A program made the translations under genes and the position numbers. The notes below the pieces were generated by a model, which saw nothing but the letters and a program-made list of their open reading frames with translations, did not search any database and was not told the DNA's origin. 64,000 nt of DNA from Tubiluchus corallicola (taxonomy: Eukaryota; Animalia; Priapulida), in the NCBI GenBank assembly GCA_030141605.1, contig JAQGDQ010000352.1, forward strand, positions 184,378 to 248,377. Reading direction: 5' to 3'. This document shows positions 51,970-63,900 of this stretch, piece after piece (the first letter of the stretch is position 1; each line of letters starts with the position of its first letter).

Positions 51970-52770
51970 TCAAGAGTTTTCAAGAGTTTTATTCATTTTC
52001 CACATTGCATCATTACAATTAGCATTAAAATACAGATAATTTTCCATTTGAGCAAATATAAATATAAATATGAATAAATGCAATATTATTAAGAAATTTC
52101 ATAATGCGGGATATACATGTGCAAATTTCATTACAGAATAATTTTTGATGCATACAGTTTGAGCCTAAAAGCATAGCTTGACAGGCCAAACTGTATGTGG
52201 AAATCTTAAAAAAAATGGGGGGGGGGAGTAGTGAATGAAAGATGAAATGGAGCGAGAAACTAAGAAAAACTGTGATCATGGTTACAAAGTGTTCAGTATC
52301 CTGTTAAACATAGTCACGTTATATTAAGATTACTGTAGCAAAAAATGCAGGTTATTACCATTATCAAATTGTGTTACTCTTCAATACTTTTGAAATATTT
52401 CTTTTCTGACGGTTTTTTTAAAAGTTAAAAGGGAGTGACTACATTTCGAATTGCGGCTTAGTCTGTTCCATAGGACTGGCCCCATATAGCTGATGAAGTG
52501 TTTCGCCATATTTGTTCTACAACGTCTTGGTATATATTCATTATGTCTGGTATTGTATTTTTTTACATTTATCTTGACTGGATTTTCAAAAAAAGTTGGA
52601 AATAAGTTGTTGTTGGTTCTATACATGTATATACATCCATTAAAATTAATAACATCATCCAGAAGTAATATTTGACATTGCTTAAAATGTGTAGTAGTAA
52701 TTGTGCTCCTTTTGTCTAGTTTGAAGATGACACGTAAAAATTTTCGTTGTAAAACTTCGGCTAATGTCCT
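51970..52770 (-). mobile_element. Recent 5'-truncated LINE (CR1/L2-like) with an intact ORF2 C-terminus
   Basis: ORF 52381..52809 'LQRKFLRVI...YNTR...RTNMAKHFISYMGPVLWNRL...SLLTFKK', then a 3' UTR and a tandem (AAACTCTTGA) tail. Confidence 0.85.
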
Positions 52771-52891
52771 ACTCTGCTCCCAACAGAGCCGCACGTTGCA
52801 TGCAGTCAATAGTATCGCTTCGTTTGCGTTTGTTGTAGTATTCTGTGTGTGCTGTTGTCAATAAAATTTACAGTCATTTCTCATTTGTTTC

Positions 52892-55800
52892 ATGATGAAC
52901 GTTCAGCTAATTACGTTGAATAATGGCCAGAAAATACCGCAACTTGGGTTCGGGACATGGCTGGTATTATTTTTTCTTCCTCACTGTTTTCTCGTCTGCT
53001 ATTTTTGGCAAACTCTATGTTGCTTTCAGGATTTCGTTGCAATAACACCGTTGTCATTTTTTGAGATATGTCCGAACATAGCTGACCAATTCTCACAAAT
53101 GAATAGTTACTAGTCAGTTACTGTTAGCTCCTGACGTATGAACTTCGAATATTCCAGGTGCACACTGCAGATTTAAAAAAAACGCTGATGCCAACTGCAG
53201 TTAAACACCGCCCAAAGAGTCTATTTATTTTACCTGTTTCGCCTGCGAGAGGTTGTGAGTTCAGTTCCCCAGCTGGCTTACACTAAGCTTTTAAAATGTA
53301 CTACTGGCTGTTGTTAATCAAGCAAGCAGAACTGCTACAGCAAACTACCACCCGCACTAATGCTGATTTTCTTAGCCACGGTGCCTACACAGAAAATGGT
53401 CATATACGTGTTTAGGGCAGCGCTGGATACACTCAAATAAATCATTTTGTGTAATTTTGTTTGTAATGCATTGCTAAATTGTTAAACTACTTACTAATTG
53501 GGTTCTAGCAAAACACAACATTAAACAAAATGCAGTTAGACTTCCATAGAAAGTGTATTATAATGCAAAAGAATGCAATTATCAGTTGAACATTGCATAG
53601 TAGAAACAAGCCCTAGGGAGGCCTTGAGATAATAAATAGCTGGTTGTTATAGCTCGTTGCAGGCAAAATTCTCTGACATTAAGTTTGCACCCAGGTGCCT
53701 GAAGGCATATAAATTGCAAATAAATCTCACATTATACAAATGGCTAGCATTTATCAGTCAGTCGGAGAAGCAAAAACATAATTAACAAAATAACGTGATG
53801 TACTTTTTTTATGCATCCAGTTAAGTAAAAATGTTGATAAAATAAAAAAAGGCTTTGAGCCAAGCAAAAAATCGTCATTATAATGAAACATTTGTCGTTA
53901 AGTGAAAAAAAGGTGTCAAATGTTTAGCATCATTAAAACAAAACATCGCTAAACAGGGAGTTATGAAGCAAGGACTTACTGCACTTTGTTTGTGTCCTGT
54001 TTGTCCTATTGAAATTTAATAAATTGGAATTGGAATTCTGATATTAATAGGCAAAAGCAGGGCAGGTCAACCAGGCAGTGAAAGATGCAATCGATACAGG
54101 TTACCGTCATATAGACACAGCATATGCTTATGAGAATGAAGAAGAAGTTGGATCGGCCATCAAGGCCAAAATTGAAGATGGAACAGTGACCAGAGAACAG
54201 TTATGGGTAACAAGCAAGGTGTGTTTTTCGTGACTTTTTCATGTAGCTTTGCGAGTTTTTTGTACCAAGCGCTTCTGTTCGCAAAAAATTTGCTGATTAT
54301 AGTTATAAATTTTTAGTATGTTAAAAGTTATTTTTTCAGCATTGAGATTGGCTAGAATTCTCTGTAACCTGTCCAAAGTGTCAAACCTTTTTTATCATTA
54401 TTTGTTGCTATAGCAACCTATTTTTCACTCAAAGAAGTCTTCATATGCTTTGAGAAGCTTTGGAAACATTTTTTGCAACTAATTAACGTTTAAAGTGTTT
54501 TTAGATCTTCCGAAACGTATTTAATTACCAGTTTTTTTCTTTTTTTATATTTGGGCCTCCTGTAAGTCAAAATATGGCATGACACAACCATTCACCTTAA
54601 CCTGTTTCTTTTTTATAGTTGTGGAATACTTTTCATAGTAGAGCTAAAGTTTTCGAAGCCATTGACATACAATTGAAGAAATTGCAGCTGGAGTACCTTG
54701 ACATGTACTTAATGCATTGGCCAATGAGCTATGTGGTGAGTGACTCAGAACTAGAATCAAATTAATTACAAGTTAATGGCAATAATGATTTTTAATTCGT
54801 TTGAAAGGCCTGAAAAAATTTTTGTAATTTTTTGATCAGTTATACTGTAACTATAAAGCTAGAAAATACTCTTCATAAATTAAAATAAAGCTTAAAAATT
54901 TGTCTTGTAATTTTATATCACCTAAGTGCTGTCTTATTGTGCACAGGGCTAGTGTTAGCAGTTCTGTATAAAACTAGTAAATTTAAACTCCAGCGATGAC
55001 CTCTCGATGTAACCATTTTGGCAAGTCTTTTGAAACAAGTTTAAATAACAGATAATGTGGCATGAAGTTTGGAAAAATAATCAAAGCATTTGTAGCACAC
55101 AGTTCACTCACTAAGCAAATATATAAATTACTGTATCTTATCGATAAGATTAAAAATACGTTTTTGGTGAGTCTGTGGTGCACACTGGGAAGGTGAGTCA
55201 GCGACATTTTACCAATTGGCATGGAGTTTTAAATTACTAAGAATTTTTGCTAGTTAAATAAGGTTTTTAAGCAGGTAAGTGCAATGCTAGTTTTTTGGGA
55301 CATAGTTTAAAGTTTTTTTCTTCCTTTTTAAGTAACAATGTTCTGGTAGTGATGTGTTAATTTGCGAATCAAAATAAACACTACTATAATTGTACTGGTA
55401 ACACTTAACGTAAGATCTTTGTTAATAATAGGTTTTCAAATGTTGTGTTTGATGTGAATTTCTATTGTTTTACAGGAAGGAGGAGAAATCTTTCCCAAAG
55501 ATGCCAACGGAAAATTTCGGTTTCATAACATTCATTTTGTTGAATCGTGGAAAGTAAGAATGAGTTTTACCATGTTAACAGAATTATGTTATGCATATCC
55601 AGTAGTGCTAGATCGAGGTTCATTTATTCATGTTCACACAAAGGGGTCAGCACATATTTGAGGGTCACGTTTACCGTAATTATACTAATTTTTGTTTGAA
55701 TTCAAAGGCTACTATCATAATTAGTGAAGAACCTTTCTCTTAAAATATGAGAGAACTCTCCAAAGACTTTTCATTTTTAACCCAAATAATATGACATTCA

Positions 55801-58800
55801 GTGCTTTATCTTTCCCATAAAGGGTTTGCAACAATGTCACGACTGGCTTTGACTGCAGTTTTGCAATTGTAATAAAGCAGTTCTGACGTGCTCCGCAACC
55901 ACTTTCTAGGACCGGGGTGCCTGTCGTCAGTTTGAACTGTGAGATTAACTAAGCTGTGAACTTTTTAAATTTCAAGTCTTGTTTTGCTTTCACATTTATT
56001 GTTAGTTCTGTACACGTGACACAACGTCAGTATCTTTCTTTTCAAAAAGAAAAACGGAACACTTTAGACGTAGAAAGTGCTTGTTTTCTAGACCCAAATT
56101 AAAGACAAAAAGGGCAACTTATACTTTTACAAACAGATATATTTTTAATGTAGATTACCATAAATATTTTATCTTTTATTGCTATTTTTTGGTTTTATCT
56201 TCATTTTAAATTTATTTAATACAAAAATTTTACTCTGTTTTATACACATTTTAGTACCCAAGGATTTGTCTTTTTGAAGTTTTTATATGATGTTTTGTAA
56301 GTTTATTAACAGCTGTAATTTAAATTGAAATGTAAATTAACTTGTTTAAACATTGTTCTCAATTTATACTAAATTCTTATAACGTCGTAATTGTAAAGTA
56401 GTCATGGAGAATAGCAACTTCTTTTTATCAATAAAAGACTTTGACTGACTTACTTAATTATTTACTTACCAAACACTAATCATTGCCTATTGTCATTATA
56501 TTAGATTATTAATAAGATGACAACTCTACATATTGTAATTTGTTGAAAGTTGATTTTTTGATGATTTATTGATTTATTTATTGACTACGAAGTCAAGTGA
56601 CAGACAATACAATACAATACAGTAAAATTTATATATAACTAGCAAAGGCCCTGCAAAAGATTTTGCGTATAAATACACGTGTAATCAATAATACGCGAAC
56701 ATCCTACATAGTCCTCAAAAATATGCGAACATCCTGCCTACTTACCTAACGCAAAGCCTGTAGCAGCTTTTTGCTGAATTAAAGCTATAAGATTATAGAC
56801 AGAGTACAATGGATGACGTCACTACAATGGCATGCGTCAGCAGTTTTCTAAGCGAAAATTGCCGAAAATAGAACACCTAATTAACTCGTCGATACTCCTC
56901 TCGGTGGACCTGTCCTAACATATGTCTTACATCATCGAATAGCCCTGTTCTTCCTCTTTCTGATGAGCCGTGTATCTCCTTCCGAGAGTCCCACCAGGCG
57001 CCGCTGGAACGTTTTTGCCGCAGGCTGTTTGGTCAAAATTTCGAAAAAATCGCGACTTGGGTCCGGGAAAACGCCCGTTATGGGACGCCATGGCCCTCTC
57101 GCGAATTCTAAATAGGCCTATCACACCCACCGCTGAACGGGCTATCTATCCATACCCAGCACCACCCTCGGCCCATTCACGTTCTCTACATCTCAGCCAT
57201 ATAACTTTTGCAAAAAACGGCCGAAAAATGGCCATTTTTCGAGGTTTTTCGCCCGCCCCCCGTTCCTCCCGGTGGGCCCGATACGAAAAATAAACCATCA
57301 ATGGCACGACACTAGATCGAGACCTTTCGTTTGATGTATAGATCACTGCAAATGGTGCCCTCGTCGAAGCTGTAGCCTTGAATCTTATATATAAATATTA
57401 GATACAGTACAATACAATCAATACAATGCATTAAAATACAATACAATACAATGTAATATAATATAATGCAACACAATATACAATAAACCAAAATAATTGG
57501 TTTAGTATCATCACACATTTTACATAAGAATGGTACATCTAAAGAAAAAGAAAGGACCATTTTAATGATAAAATAGTTATTGTTTCGAAAAAACAACGCA
57601 ACTACATTATTAGATATATATATATATATAACAGTTTTGCTTCTGTCTTCACAGGCTATGGAAGACGTTTTGAAATCAGGAAAAGTCCGTGGCATTGGAC
57701 TGTCAAATTTCAACAGTGAACAAGTTCAAGAAATTATTGATACGTGCTCAGTGAAACCTGCTATCTTACAAGTATGCCAAGTTTTTGCTTGAAAAACATC
57801 TGGCCAACATACCGACTATCATTTTTTTAAATGTTTTGCTCAACACAGATGGTTGAGGAAACAGTTCTTATTAACTTTTGCATTGATTTTTTTTACTTTT
57901 TCAGTTATTGTGTGCGCTCATTTGTCTATAAAATACTATCACATGCTTGCTCTATTGCTTATTGATTTAGTCTGTAACACGTTTATATTTATATCATATT
58001 TAATTATAATATTATATTTAATAGGTGATAAATTATTTACCTACCTACTTACCGTATATACTCGCATATAAGCCTACATCGCATATAAGCCGACCCCCTA
58101 AAACTGCTTTAAAATGGCCAGTTTTTGCAAAAACCCGTATATAAGCCGACCATCAACTTGTCTCATCCATGTTGCCAATTCTGCAGAGAGGGAAGTCACC
58201 ACCAACCTTTCTTTGATCAATAACATACTTTTGAAAACCCAAAAGTTTATGTTCATATTGTGATGGCAATTTTTGTGCAATTTTCGTTCTCTGTCTCAAA
58301 CTTATAGAGTGTCTGTTCAGAAAACGTGTACACCAATATGTTCCTCTATAAGCCACGTGACCCTCGTCTCCCCACGCGCTGCCTACCAATTGGCTGATGA
58401 CGTCGGCTTCACCACTAGCTGTAGCTTGGTTACGGCTCGCAACTGGTGACACACAGTGGTGTATTGCTAAATAAAAAGTAGGTGGACGGCTAGTCTCAAG
58501 ACTTACCATTTTACATTCACAAATTTGAAAGAAATTGACATTATTTAAAACCGTTTTTTGAAAAAATGAAAACAAGTAGATTTAATATTAAACCCGTATA
58601 CATTTTTAATATTTTTTATCTAATGAATACAAAAAGCAGACATTTATTGAAATGTGAATTTTTTCTAAAAAAAAGTGGGTGGACGGCGATCCCCCTCCAA
58701 TACGCCACTGGTGACACACAACCAAATAAAGAGTCAGATAGCTATGAAAATGTGTGGCTGGAAAATTGGCATTAGTGTCTGTCCTTGTGTTCATTTTGTT

Positions 58801-59144
58801 TCATGCGCATATAAGCCGACCCCCTGATTTCAGTATTGTATTTTATAGTTCTAAATTCGGCTTATATGCGAGTATATACGGTACTTACTAAAGAAATTTT
58901 CATGCAGTTTGTGTAAGCCAAGCATAATTGTAATGGACCTGTATTAAGTTTTTTTACTCCCAAAGTGTGCTGCCACCTATTGGCAAGAATATGCTATTTT
59001 TACAAGAAACTGGTACTTCGATATTGACTTTTTGCAGGTGGAAAACAATCCTTATCTTAATCAGAAGAAGCTGATGGAATTTTGTGCAAAACGTGATATA
59101 AAAATGACTGCATACTCATCTCTTGGCAACCCAGCTGTGCCTTG
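52892..59144 (+). CDS. Aldo-keto reductase family 1 (aldose/aldehyde reductase-like), exons 1-6; 3' exons lie beyond the window
   Basis: Exons 52892-52963, 54051-54218, 54619-54735, 55476-55553, 57655-57771 and 59038-59144, all GT-AG and in frame. Motifs [49 protein letters not shown] and QVENNPY...TAYSSLG. The catalytic tetrad D/Y/K/H is intact. Confidence 0.93.
56639..57402 (-). mobile_element. Non-autonomous Helitron-like element, copy 2 (AKR intron 4)
   Basis: Same CTAG end and GCAAAA...TTTTGC hairpin as 29321-30109. The 5' end reads A|TCTAATATTTATATATAAG on the minus strand. It sits in a (CAATA)n tract. Confidence 0.7.
58052..58881 (-). mobile_element. Internally deleted pogo/Tc2-type (Tc1-mariner superfamily) transposon retaining a transposase fragment
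   Basis: Perfect 23-bp TIR CCGTATATACTCGCATATAAGCC with a TA target duplication and internal ATATAAGCCGACC repeats. The minus strand at ~58158-58350 encodes '[24 protein letters not shown]...IGNMDET', i.e. the CENP-B HTH end to the first catalytic Asp. Confidence 0.85.
58454..58710. mobile_element. hAT-type MITE nested inside the pogo element
   Basis: TIR CAGTGGTGTATTG / CAATACGCCACTG and a perfect 8-bp TSD GTGACACA at 58446-58453 and 58711-58718. Confidence 0.85.
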
Positions 59145-59236
59145 GTAACTGATGTTATCCATTTTAAAAACAGGGAATAACTTTTAGTGTCACCATTGTG
59201 TATGGATAATTTATTGGGGTTTTACTGTTACTTTAA

Positions 59237-59821
59237 TGAAGAAAAACGGGATGATTTTTCATATCTTACCCGATTTTGAAGTGCGATAAAAAGTATGTAT
59301 TTTAGCACCTATAATAATGCCAAAGCATTTCGTTTAATTAAATAATAGGTTTAAAACTTAATTAATGGCAGGCAAGCCCAACTATCACAATTGAACATAA
59401 TTTTCAACAGCACAAACATTCCACTATCGTGTTGCACATGTTTTCAAAAGCAAAAATTTAAGTACATTCAGTGTGATGTACAAACATGCAATAAATATTA
59501 AGTTTAATATTCAAATTTCAAGTTTACAAAAATGTTCGTGCATGAGCTGTCATACGTCTACACTACATCACTACCAAACACCTCTGAACTAAGAGGTAGA
59601 GCACCTGTTTTTGGAGCATCGCATTTCCTAGATGCAGGCACTAGTGCCCATATAACTAGCAAATTTAACAGCGAAAGAACTAGTGGCACAAGTAAAAATT
59701 GTAATTCTGTGATAATGATTCTTTCAGAATAGCCATTCTTGAAAAAATAGCATGTTCCCTTTCAATATTTTGTAGATCATATTGTTTTGAGCTATAGTTT
59801 AAGATTGGGTCCGGTTTTCCT
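59237..59821 (+). mobile_element. Kolobok-like MITE, copy 5 (AKR intron 6)
   Basis: Ends GATTGGGTCCGGTTTTCCT|TTAA, with internal homology to the other copies. Confidence 0.75.
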
Positions 59822-59960
59822 TTAAAATTAAATTATTTTACTGCATTTTTTAAATCAAATGCCTACTAGATATTTAGTTAATTTGAAACTGCGATTGTGT
59901 TCGAAATAAATGATGTAATAATATTTATAATAATAATAATAACAATAATAATAATACCGT

Positions 59961-60229
59961 TGTAGTCACAGAAAACACTGTAAACAGAGGTTAATACCAC
60001 TGAATGCTTTATTAACATAATTAGTATGTCCAGTATAACATAAATGTTCAACAGCTCCCATAAGTGGATTAACCTGACTGTTCAGAGCACAGGTGTGTAA
60101 TGACAGACAAGTGACTAGCAGGTAACAAACAGAAAAGCTGGCCAAAACCAAAAGCTTTACATTCACGTCACAGATGGCGCCTCGTGCACGATAAGTAAGA
60201 TTAACAAAAAGAATGCTAAGCCTGCTACA
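59961..60229 (-). repeat. 3' LTR (269 bp) of the BEL/Pao retrotransposon
   Basis: The minus strand has the purine-rich tract TAGGAGCCGGG immediately followed by TGTAG...CTACA termini, with an internal AATAAA at ~60008-60013. Confidence 0.75.
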
Positions 60230-60979
60230 CCCGGCTCCTAATGAGCGCTTATAAAGTGGTCATTACAATAATCTGCTTGTAAGTCACTGACAATATTACA
60301 TGAACTCTGAACAGTAACACTTAGATGCTATTTAGTACAACTAAATATTTCAGTCAAAACTGAACAATCACACAGTTTGATAGTTAACACTATTCCAGTG
60401 AAACACTTTGAGTGAAATAATTCCAAACATGAAAGTTACAGATAAATACTGTTAGCTAAAGCACTACAAAGCAATGAATCAAATAACGAATCGATAATAA
60501 GATACGATGTAATAAAACAGAATCTGATGCAATAGTGACTTGATAGCTTATAACAGTTAGCAAAGGCAAATGTCGTTCAATGCTAAGTTCTATGTAACAC
60601 ATCATATAAATTTTAGAATTACATTATCACAAAGTTGGCATACTGCCAAGTGATAGAATTTAATGTTAATTTTGTCTGAAAGATTTAAGCAAATATTTGA
60701 CATACATTTCAAATTACTGGCAATTAATTTGGCAAAATTGTAAACTAAATCACACATTCATGAATAACACTTAATTCACAAAATTAACACAGAATCAAAT
60801 TTTTCGCATAACAGCGAACTATTGCAGCATCAAATTTAAATAACTAAATAATACAGGCAAGGTCATTTCTCACCAACAATACTGCAGTCATTAGGTCAAA
60901 TAAACGTAACTATATATGACAAATATGAAATAATTCGTACTTTAGAATTAAAGTGTATATCAACACATTACACAGAATT

Positions 60980-63900
60980 TTACTCAGCTTCTTCGAGGAG
61001 ACATAGCTTAGTTATTGGTCTAAGCAATGTCGTAGATGGGTTCTTCACCATAACTGATCTCACGAGTCCATCCGGAGCTGGAAATACTTCGGTGATTCTG
61101 CCTGCTGTCCATTGATTCCGAGCAGCATTCTCATCAACGACCAGAACCAAATCATTCTCTTTAAAGTTTCTTTTTACAGTCAGCCATTTCTGACGTTGTT
61201 GCAAGTTTGGAATGTATTCCTTGACCCAGCGGCGCCAGAAGATGTTGACGAGATACTGGCACTGCCTCCATCGCCTTTTCAGCATAGAGTCGTCTTTGCA
61301 GAAGATGCCTGGTGGCAAATTTGGGCAAGGTCGCTGTAGAATGAGGTCATTTGGCGTTAATGGTCTGAAGTCATTTGGGTCATTGGAAAACTCCGTTAAA
61401 GGTCTGTTGTTCATGATGAACTCGGCTTCAGCAATCAAAGTCAGCAAGACTTCATCAGTAATGGTTTGTTCCTTCAACAGTTGCCGGAAGATGCCACGGA
61501 AAGATCTGATACACCTGTCCCAAACACCACCATGGTGACTGGCCCCTGCAGTGTTGAAGGTCCATTTTACACCCCTTTGCACCATATGCTTGTTTAATTT
61601 TTCTTCATTCCACAGTTGTAGAGCTTCACGAAGTTTACGCTCACCACCAATGAAGTTTGTCCCTCTGTCAGTCCAGACTTCCAGCACCTCTCCTCTTCTA
61701 CATATGATTCTTCGAAATGCGTTGATGAAGGAGTCGGTGTCAAGATTGTGCGTGATCTCTATATGAACAGCTCTGGTGGCCATGCATGTAGCAAGGCACC
61801 CATAGCGCTTGATGGTAGAACGGCCTTGTCTAACATATATCGGCCCGAAAAAGTCGATTCCTATTCTGGAAAATGGAGGATCGTATGGCTTAATCCTTGC
61901 AGTCGGAAGATCTGCCATTAACTGCTCGGCAGGCCGGGAGCGTTCTTTCTTGCATTTGAAGCACCGAGACAAAACTCTTCTTACTGCGCTTTTCCCCTTA
62001 ATAATGTAATACTTCAGTCTCATCTGGGAAAGAACGTAGTCTCTGCCTAAATGAGCATATGATTCATGATAATATTGAATCAGCAAGTCAGTTATGTGAT
62101 GTTTGTAGGGAAGAATCAGTGGATATTTGTAACCATAGTTGAAGCTACCTCTGGTTAGTCTTCCATAAACTCTCAGTAGGCCTTCGGCATCCACGAAGGG
62201 TCTGATGCCATACAGAGGACTGGACTTTAGGTGATTCTTCTCTTTATTAAGTGATTCTTTATTACCTGGTAATGCGGGAGACATCAGTTTTATCTCTTCT
62301 CGAAATGCAATCTTCTGCACCAGATGAATAATGGATTTCTCTGCTTCTTCCAGATCACCATATCGCAGATGCTTCCCTATCTTTCCATGGTAACCTGTTC
62401 CCTTGTTCTTCAAGTAATGCTTATACTTGATGAACCAAGCTACAGAATTACGGAGTTTTTCCCATGAAGAGAAATAAGTTAGCAACTCGTCTATTGGCTC
62501 TTCTTGGATGGCCAAGTTGATCTGCACTTTCTTCACTTCTTCATGGTCATCAGGTACTGGGAATAGTGTTGGCTGTGCTGGCCACTCAGCTTCTGTTTTC
62601 CAGAGAAAAGGAGGACCCTTGAACCATCTGTGGTCTGCAGATAGCTGTTCTGCCTTTATGCCTCTTGTTATGTCATCTGCAACATTCTGCGAAGAACTGA
62701 CATACCGCCATTGACTAACATCTGAACCACAATGAATCTCAGCGAGTCTATTGGCCACATACACTTGGAACCTCTTCTTTTCATTTTGGATGAATTTCAA
62801 AACTGATGTTGAATCAGTCCAGAAAACAACAGCATCTATTTTGATGTCCAAAGCTTCTAGAATTGTTTTGTTCATTCTGACAGCAATAACTGAAGCTTGC
62901 AATTCTAATCTCGGCACAGTTTGTGTTTTCAGAGGAGCTACTCTGCTCTTAGCTGTTAGCAGACAACAATGAATCTGTCCCTGCTGATTAACAAACCGAA
63001 CATAGGAGCATACTCCATAGGCATCATTCGAGGCATCACTAAAATGATGCAGTTGGGTGGATGCAACAGGTCCGAAATTGATGAGTTTGATACATCTCGG
63101 AATTTTCAGGTCATTAAGACTGCTCAAGCTAGTAGTCCACTTTAGCCACTTAGCTTCTAGATCATCTGGGATATGCTCATCCCAATTAAGCTTTAGCTTG
63201 CACAAGTGCTGGAGTAAGACCTTGGCTGGTAGAATCACAGCACATAAGAAACCCAAAGGGTCAAACAATGATGATGTCTCAGACAGGATACCTCGCCTCG
63301 TGGTAGGTTTGCCCTTCAGAACAGACTTGAATTGAAATACATCATCTTGAGTGTTCCATCTAATTCCAAGGGCACTCTCTATTGGTGGATCAGCTAGCTT
63401 CTGTTGCAAGTCCAGAATAGGTTTGGCTCTTTCCGATTCCGGAATTTCTTTGATAACAGCCTCTCTGTTACTAAGGAACTTTGTCAAGTGGAAACCGCCT
63501 CTCTGCAGTAGTTCCGTGAGGCTATTTGCTAGTCTTACTGCTTCATACTCTGTGCTGACAGACTTTAACAGATCGTCAACATAAAAATTGTTCTTTACAG
63601 CATACAGTGTTGCAGCATCAAAATCATGAGCATTGTCATCAGCTGTCTTTCTGACTGCCAGATTGGCACAAAATGGTGATGAGATACAACCAAACAAGTG
63701 AACAGACATGTGGTAGTCTACTGGACTGTCGCCAATCTGAGCGCCATCATCATACCACAAGAATCTCAGCATGTCATACTGTGAAGGATCTACGAGGACC
63801 TGGTTGAACATGCCCTCGATGTCTGCACAAATAGCAACTTCATGCTCTCGGAACCGTAGCAATACATCTAATAAATTTGATGTCAGATTCGGTCCAGACA

